From an uncultured Solirubrobacterales bacterium (lineage in GTDB: Bacteria > Actinomycetota > Thermoleophilia > Solirubrobacterales > Solirubrobacteraceae), in NCBI GenBank assembly GCA_903821395.1, contig CAIJLJ010000099.1:497-64496 (forward strand): DNA of 64,000 bases, read 5' to 3'. The position numbers were made by a program, and so were the translations under genes. The notes below the pieces were generated by a model that saw only the letters and a list, made by a program, of their open reading frames with translations, searched no databases and was not told the DNA's origin. Shown one piece after another: positions 59,524 through 64,000 of this stretch (positions within the stretch are counted from its first letter, which is position 1; each line of letters opens with the position of its first letter).

Positions 59524-61680
59524 CTAGCCGCCCGGGTAGCCCCACGCTGAGGTGTGGCACGGGGAGCTGGCTGGGCACGAATCAATAATCCGCCCATTCG
59601 GCTTGAGGAAATCAGACTTCTGCTGCCGCGCGGCCGGCGTGGCGCGGGGCAGGCCGTGAGGGTCAACGCCGAGCGTCGGAGTGAGGTCTGCGGTCGGTGC
59701 CATTGGGTTCCCCGAGCCGCCCGCGGCCTTGAATGGATCGCTAGCCAGGCAGGTTGCGAAGATCGTGGCAGCGCCATTAACCGTTCGGCATGGCCCTGCG
59801 TCCCAGATCACAATTCCTGAACCTCCAGCGTTTGAGCTCGAAAGCGTTGGGATGCCCCAGAGCGGCGTCCTGTCTGCCGTGCGTGCGCCACTGCCCTCGT
59901 AGACGGTGGTGTCGTATACCGGCGTTCGGCCGACTGCGCCGATTGTGCGGGCCTCGTTCTCGGCCGATACCTGCGCCACCTGGTGGTCGCCGAGGGCCAC
60001 GTGCAGCAACACTTGGTGCTTCGGTGTGTTCGGCAGTGGACTGTTCGTCACGTGCTGGGCGTAGCCGTCAGTCTCGCCGCGATCCCAGAGGTTCTGGATC
60101 ACGGATAGAAGCAAGATTCGCTCAAGCCGGCTGGTGTATGCAGGCTTGAAGATGATCTCGTAGGTTCCAAAGTCGGTGCTGCGCGGAAGCAGCATGCTGT
60201 AGTTCATTCCAGCAACACCGAGTACTGCGCGCGTGAAATCGGGCGAGATTGCCGTCAGCGCGCCGCCAAGGATTGCTCCTTGGCTGTTGCTGTCGTAGTA
60301 AAGCTGGCTGGTGTCGATCATCGGCTTAGGCGAGGTCGGCGTAACTGCCGCGCTCTTGAAGGCAGCGTTAGTCGTAAAGCCTGATGGGCTGATCATCGCG
60401 CGGCCAAGCAGCAGCTCGTTCAGCAGTCCTTGCTGCATGCGGTCGGCCATCGAGCCGAACTTCGACATGTCGCCGAGCAGGTTGATCGCGTTTGGCACGT
60501 CATCTTCGGCCATCCCGATCTCTGGCGTTGCACAGAAGATCATGTTGTGCTCGCTCGCCATGTCGCTGACGTTGCCAGCTTGAATCTCGTCGGCCGTTCC
60601 AAGCAGTCCGTGGCCGTAGAGTGACGGCCGCGCTGGTGATGTGAGCGCGCTCCGCGGGATTCGGCACATGAAGTAGGCCTTCATCCTGCCCTGCTGCTTG
60701 GGAATCGAGCTGAAGATGCCCTTCTTCGGCGTGAGGTAGTTCATTGTCCCGCCGGCCGCGCAGCCCTTGCCGATGTAGCAAGGAGCGTCAATTGTGCCTT
60801 CAACTTCGCGGGCGATCTTCGGGTTGTCGCCAGCTGTGAAGTCGGTGACCTTCGTGATTGTGAAGCCTGGTGACTTGCCGCTTACCTTCTTGTCGGCGAG
60901 GTTCTTGTCCCCGATCGCAGCAAAGGAGCTGTCTCGCATCGAGAGCACTCGTTCGCTGAGGTTGCGACGACTTGCGACGGTGAAGTCCCACGCAAGGTAG
61001 AGCGAGTTACGCGAAATCTTGGCTTTGCCTAGGGTCGCGAAGATCGATGTGTAGCTTGACGCCCGTCCCTTGACTGAAGCGATTGGCTTGCCGTCGCGCA
61101 GTGACGCGAATGCTGCCGCTGCTGGGATCGTCGCGCCAGCGCCATTTTTGAGGTTGCGAAGGGCGACGATGTAGCGATGCCCTTCGGTGAAGTTCTTGGC
61201 CGGGTGGATCATCAGCATCTGACCGTCCGTCTCGGCGATCGCATCAGGGTTCGTGTCGAGCTCAGCCCAGATTGGCTGGCGCTTGCCGGTGGTCGCGTCG
61301 ATCACGACGATCGGTGCGTTTGCGTCGGCGTAGCGAGCGATGTCGGTGATTGGCGCGGCTCCGCTCTGTGTCAGGTCAAGCCCGGGAACGAAGGTGAGGA
61401 TGTTTGTGCCTGGGCTGAAGCCGTCGTTGCGATTCAGATCAGGCGGGAACGCCGACTTGCCGTGCACGTTCGTAGGGAACTGACCCACCTTGAAGTTGAG
61501 CCGAAGGCCGGTCTCAGAACCCTTCTGGGCGACGGTGTTGAAGTTGCTCGGATAGGGCAGCAGGCATGAACGCGCGTCTAGCGGATCACAGCCCGTCGGC
61601 GCTGCGATCGCGCTCGCGGCAGGAATCAGCGCTAGTGCAGCAATCAGGACGGTTCCGAACCCAAAACGATGCTTCGACAT
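59524..61680 (-). CDS. secreted 718-aa protein, possible alpha/beta-hydrolase
   Basis: Signal peptide MSKHRFGFGTVLIAALALIPAASAIA. Candidate oxyanion motif YGHGLLG, nucleophile elbow-like SNSQG, and GDHQV His. I do not recognise the family. Confidence 0.6.
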   Translation of the reverse strand: MSKHRFGFGTVLIAALALIPAASAIAAPTGCDPLDARSCLLPYPSNFNTVAQKGSETGLRLNFKVGQFPTNVHGKSAFPPDLNRNDGFSPGTNILTFVPGLDLTQSGAAPITDIARYADANAPIVVIDATTGKRQPIWAELDTNPDAIAETDGQMLMIHPAKNFTEGHRYIVALRNLKNGAGATIPAAAAFASLRDGKPIASVKGRASSYTSIFATLGKAKISRNSLYLAWDFTVASRRNLSERVLSMRDSSFAAIGDKNLADKKVSGKSPGFTITKVTDFTAGDNPKIAREVEGTIDAPCYIGKGCAAGGTMNYLTPKKGIFSSIPKQQGRMKAYFMCRIPRSALTSPARPSLYGHGLLGTADEIQAGNVSDMASEHNMIFCATPEIGMAEDDVPNAINLLGDMSKFGSMADRMQQGLLNELLLGRAMISPSGFTTNAAFKSAAVTPTSPKPMIDTSQLYYDSNSQGAILGGALTAISPDFTRAVLGVAGMNYSMLLPRSTDFGTYEIIFKPAYTSRLERILLLSVIQNLWDRGETDGYAQHVTNSPLPNTPKHQVLLHVALGDHQVAQVSAENEARTIGAVGRTPVYDTTVYEGSGARTADRTPLWGIPTLSSSNAGGSGIVIWDAGPCRTVNGAATIFATCLASDPFKAAGGSGNPMAPTADLTPTLGVDPHGLPRATPAARQQKSDFLKPNGRIIDSCPASSPCHTSAWGYPGG

Positions 61681-61805
61681 TTGTTATCTCCCCAGATAAG
61701 TTGCTGCTGTTAGCAGCGCTGACCCAAAGCTACCACGCTGGCCTTGGCGATGAGGCGGTTCGGTCGGCGCGGCACATTCCCACCTCGCGGTGCTAAACAT
61801 CGGGT

Positions 61806-62633
61806 GTGCGCCTGACCGCCCGCCGTCACGACGTTGATCCAGATCGCCCCGATGGCCTGTTGCTACTGCTCGAGGACCCAGTCACCGGCCTGATCCCGTG
61901 GTTTGCCGTCGGCTTTCTCGCCGGGCCGCTCCCGTTCGTGATTGCCTCGGCGATCGCTCTGGTGCTTTCCCTGATGCTGGTGATGGCCTCGCGACTGCGC
62001 GGCGAACAGCCCAAGATTCTTGAGCTCTCTGACCTAGTTTTCTTCATCTGCTTGACGATCGTTGCTGCGCTTGCCGGAAAGGAATTGACTGCCTGGCTCA
62101 ACGATCACGCTGACGAGGTCGCCAATGTGGCCGTTGCTCTGCTGGCCTACATCTCTCTGGCGATCGGACGCCCGTTCACGAGCCAGTACACGCTCGGCCG
62201 CTTCCCGAACGCCAGCGCACAGTTAAGGGCCCGCCTCGATCGCCTGGGTACTTGGATCTGGGCGCTGGCATTGACCTTCGCTGCGCTCGCTGGGTTCTAC
62301 GGCGAGTTCATTCTGCCCGACCTATCAACCAACCTTTGGACCGGTTGGATCCTGCAGACCGCACCGCTGATCGTGGCGTTCAACACGACGATCTGGATTG
62401 ATCGGCGTGCGCTCGCGCGCGCGGCCGGCGCAGAGCCGTTCCCCGGGATCTGGGCGCTGCTGCGCGACATCAGCTTCTGGTTCATCCCGAGCGGATGCCT
62501 CTCATTGATCTTTGACAGCGCGCCGCCATTCGTCGGCTGGGGGCTGATCGCCATTGGCGTCGCAGCAACGGCGACGTTCTGGGCGCTGCAAATCCACGAC
62601 GACGGCCGAATCCGAATCGCCGCGTCGCACTGA
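61806..62633 (+). CDS. hypothetical polytopic membrane protein
   Basis: GTG start. 275 aa with ~7 hydrophobic segments. No motif recognised. Confidence 0.5.
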   Translation: MRLTARRHDVDPDRPDGLLLLLEDPVTGLIPWFAVGFLAGPLPFVIASAIALVLSLMLVMASRLRGEQPKILELSDLVFFICLTIVAALAGKELTAWLNDHADEVANVAVALLAYISLAIGRPFTSQYTLGRFPNASAQLRARLDRLGTWIWALALTFAALAGFYGEFILPDLSTNLWTGWILQTAPLIVAFNTTIWIDRRALARAAGAEPFPGIWALLRDISFWFIPSGCLSLIFDSAPPFVGWGLIAIGVAATATFWALQIHDDGRIRIAASH

Positions 62634-62645
62634 GCTAGCCGCTAG

Positions 62646-63914
62646 TCAGACGGCTACAGGAATTGTTCGATACTGATTGAGGAAGGTCGAGCTGAGGCGG
62701 GTCGGCTCACCGTCAAGTCTCATCTCAGGGAAGCGGCGCAGCGTCTCCTCTAGCCAGATCTTCATCTCGAGCCGCGCCAGCCCGGCGCCGAGGCAGAAGT
62801 GGCGACCGCCACCGCCGAAGCCCTGATGCTCGTTTAGCGTGCGGCCAACGTCGAAGTGGTGCGGATCGTCGAAGACGCTCTCGTCGCGGTTGCCCGACAC
62901 GTACCACATCAGAACCTTGTCGCCTTCGGCAATTGGCTGGCCAGCGATCTCGGTGTCCTTGGTTGCCGTGCGCCGCATGTAGGCGAAAGCCGGGTGGACG
63001 CGAACGAACTCTTCGACCACCTGCTCCGGCGGTACTGCGCCGCTCTTCACTAGCTCCATCTGCTCTGGATCTTCAAGCAGGCTGAGGTAGCCGGAGCAGA
63101 AGGTCGCGCGGGTCGAATCGTTACCGGCAACCATCAGCAGGAACCAGAACATGCAGATCTCTTCTGCGGTCAGTTTCTCGCCGTCCACTTCAGCGTCGAG
63201 CAGGGCGCTGGTTAGGTCGTCCTGGCGTTCAGCACCGCGCGCCTCAACGAGATTCCACACGTACTCGAAGACCTCTTTGAGCGCCGTCCAAGTGTCGTGC
63301 ATGTCGCCGACTACGCGCGGATCTTCAAAGGCTGTCGTGCGGTTGGTCCAGTCGACGAGCTTGTCTGCGTCCTCGCGCGGGGCGCCCAGCATGTCGCCGA
63401 TCACCATTGCCGGTACGTAGACGCCAACGTCCTGAACTAGGTCGATCTTGCCGTCGGGGTGGCGCTCAAGCGCGTTGTCATAGACGAGGTTGACGATCTC
63501 ACGAATTCGATCGGCGTGATCGAGCGAGCGCTTCGGTGTGAATGCCTTCTGCACCAGTGCCTTGAGCCGATCGTGGCGCGGGGGATCCTGCGCGATCAGC
63601 ATCATCCGCATGAAGTAGAGCGGCTCGTCGGGTGCGTCCTCGGGGATTTGGTCGTCCGGCAAGAATTGGTTGACGGCGAGGATGCCGCCCATCTCAGAGG
63701 AGAAGGTTTCGAAGTCGCGCCCAACTGAGGCGATCTCCTCGAAGCGCGTTACCGACCAGAAGCCTTCCTCGTGGGCGAAACCTTCGAGCGGGCTCCAGTG
63801 CACTGGCTGCTCATTGCGCAGCCGTTCAAAGACTTCGTGGGGCGGTCCGTCTTCCCAAAGGGAGAGGTCGCTGAGGTCGATTTGGTTGAGGTCGCTGCCT
63901 GCGGTTGTGGTCAT
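62646..63914 (-). CDS. cytochrome P450 monooxygenase
   Basis: Heme-thiolate motif FGGGGRHFCLGAGLA, ExxR (EEFVR), I-helix MVAGNDST. AGGAG SD upstream. Confidence 0.93.
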   Translation of the reverse strand: MTTTAGSDLNQIDLSDLSLWEDGPPHEVFERLRNEQPVHWSPLEGFAHEEGFWSVTRFEEIASVGRDFETFSSEMGGILAVNQFLPDDQIPEDAPDEPLYFMRMMLIAQDPPRHDRLKALVQKAFTPKRSLDHADRIREIVNLVYDNALERHPDGKIDLVQDVGVYVPAMVIGDMLGAPREDADKLVDWTNRTTAFEDPRVVGDMHDTWTALKEVFEYVWNLVEARGAERQDDLTSALLDAEVDGEKLTAEEICMFWFLLMVAGNDSTRATFCSGYLSLLEDPEQMELVKSGAVPPEQVVEEFVRVHPAFAYMRRTATKDTEIAGQPIAEGDKVLMWYVSGNRDESVFDDPHHFDVGRTLNEHQGFGGGGRHFCLGAGLARLEMKIWLEETLRRFPEMRLDGEPTRLSSTFLNQYRTIPVAV

Positions 63915-63934
63915 TTAGGCTGGGCTCCTGAGCG

Positions 63935-63955
63935 GACTTGACAGTGTGTCAAGTC
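63935..63955. promoter_or_regulatory. perfect 9-3-9 palindrome GACTTGACA-GTG-TGTCAAGTC upstream of the P450 gene (candidate operator)
   Basis: Read directly from the sequence, 21-41 nt upstream of the P450 start codon. It contains TTGACA on both strands. Confidence 0.5.
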
Positions 63956-64000
63956 ATCACCCTAGCGGATCAACCGGCGAGCGTCCATCGCTCGGACGCC

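Overview
High-GC, Actinobacteria-like chromosomal core segment. The taxon call rests on synteny (rpmE-prfA-prmC-tsaC-glyA-wecA-atpIBEFHAGDC; comF-hpf-secA-prfB; ftsEX ... smpB ... ssrA; pmi next to ahcY) and on a tmRNA tag, ADSHEYALAA, close to the mycobacterial one. I call 58 protein genes, tightly packed with many 1-4 nt overlaps, plus one tmRNA. I saw no rRNA, tRNA, CRISPR array, transposase or integrase.

Most of the window is housekeeping: translation factors, F1Fo ATP synthase, nucleotide-sugar and cell-wall genes, SecA, NAD synthesis, FtsEX, trans-translation, and cytochrome bd with CydDC. I do not find a convincing new multi-gene defence or mobile system.

The best leads are:
1. An ECF-type sigma factor fused in frame to a hydrophobic segment and a ~240-aa Gly/Ser/Pro-rich tail. 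It is followed by a secreted Ca-binding-repeat protein and a clean intrinsic terminator.
2. Two different adenosylhomocysteinase types in tandem behind a MerR gene, followed by a eukaryote-type UGPase. The second adenosylhomocysteinase probably starts at CTG.
3. A NarL/LuxR regulator whose receiver lacks every phospho-acceptor pocket residue and whose N-terminal strand has no canonical start codon.
4. A ~126-nt highly structured element with its own promoter-like motif in the pepF-cydC spacer.
5. A cytochrome bd locus split by ssrA and envelope genes.

All functional calls come from motif recognition by eye. No database search was run.
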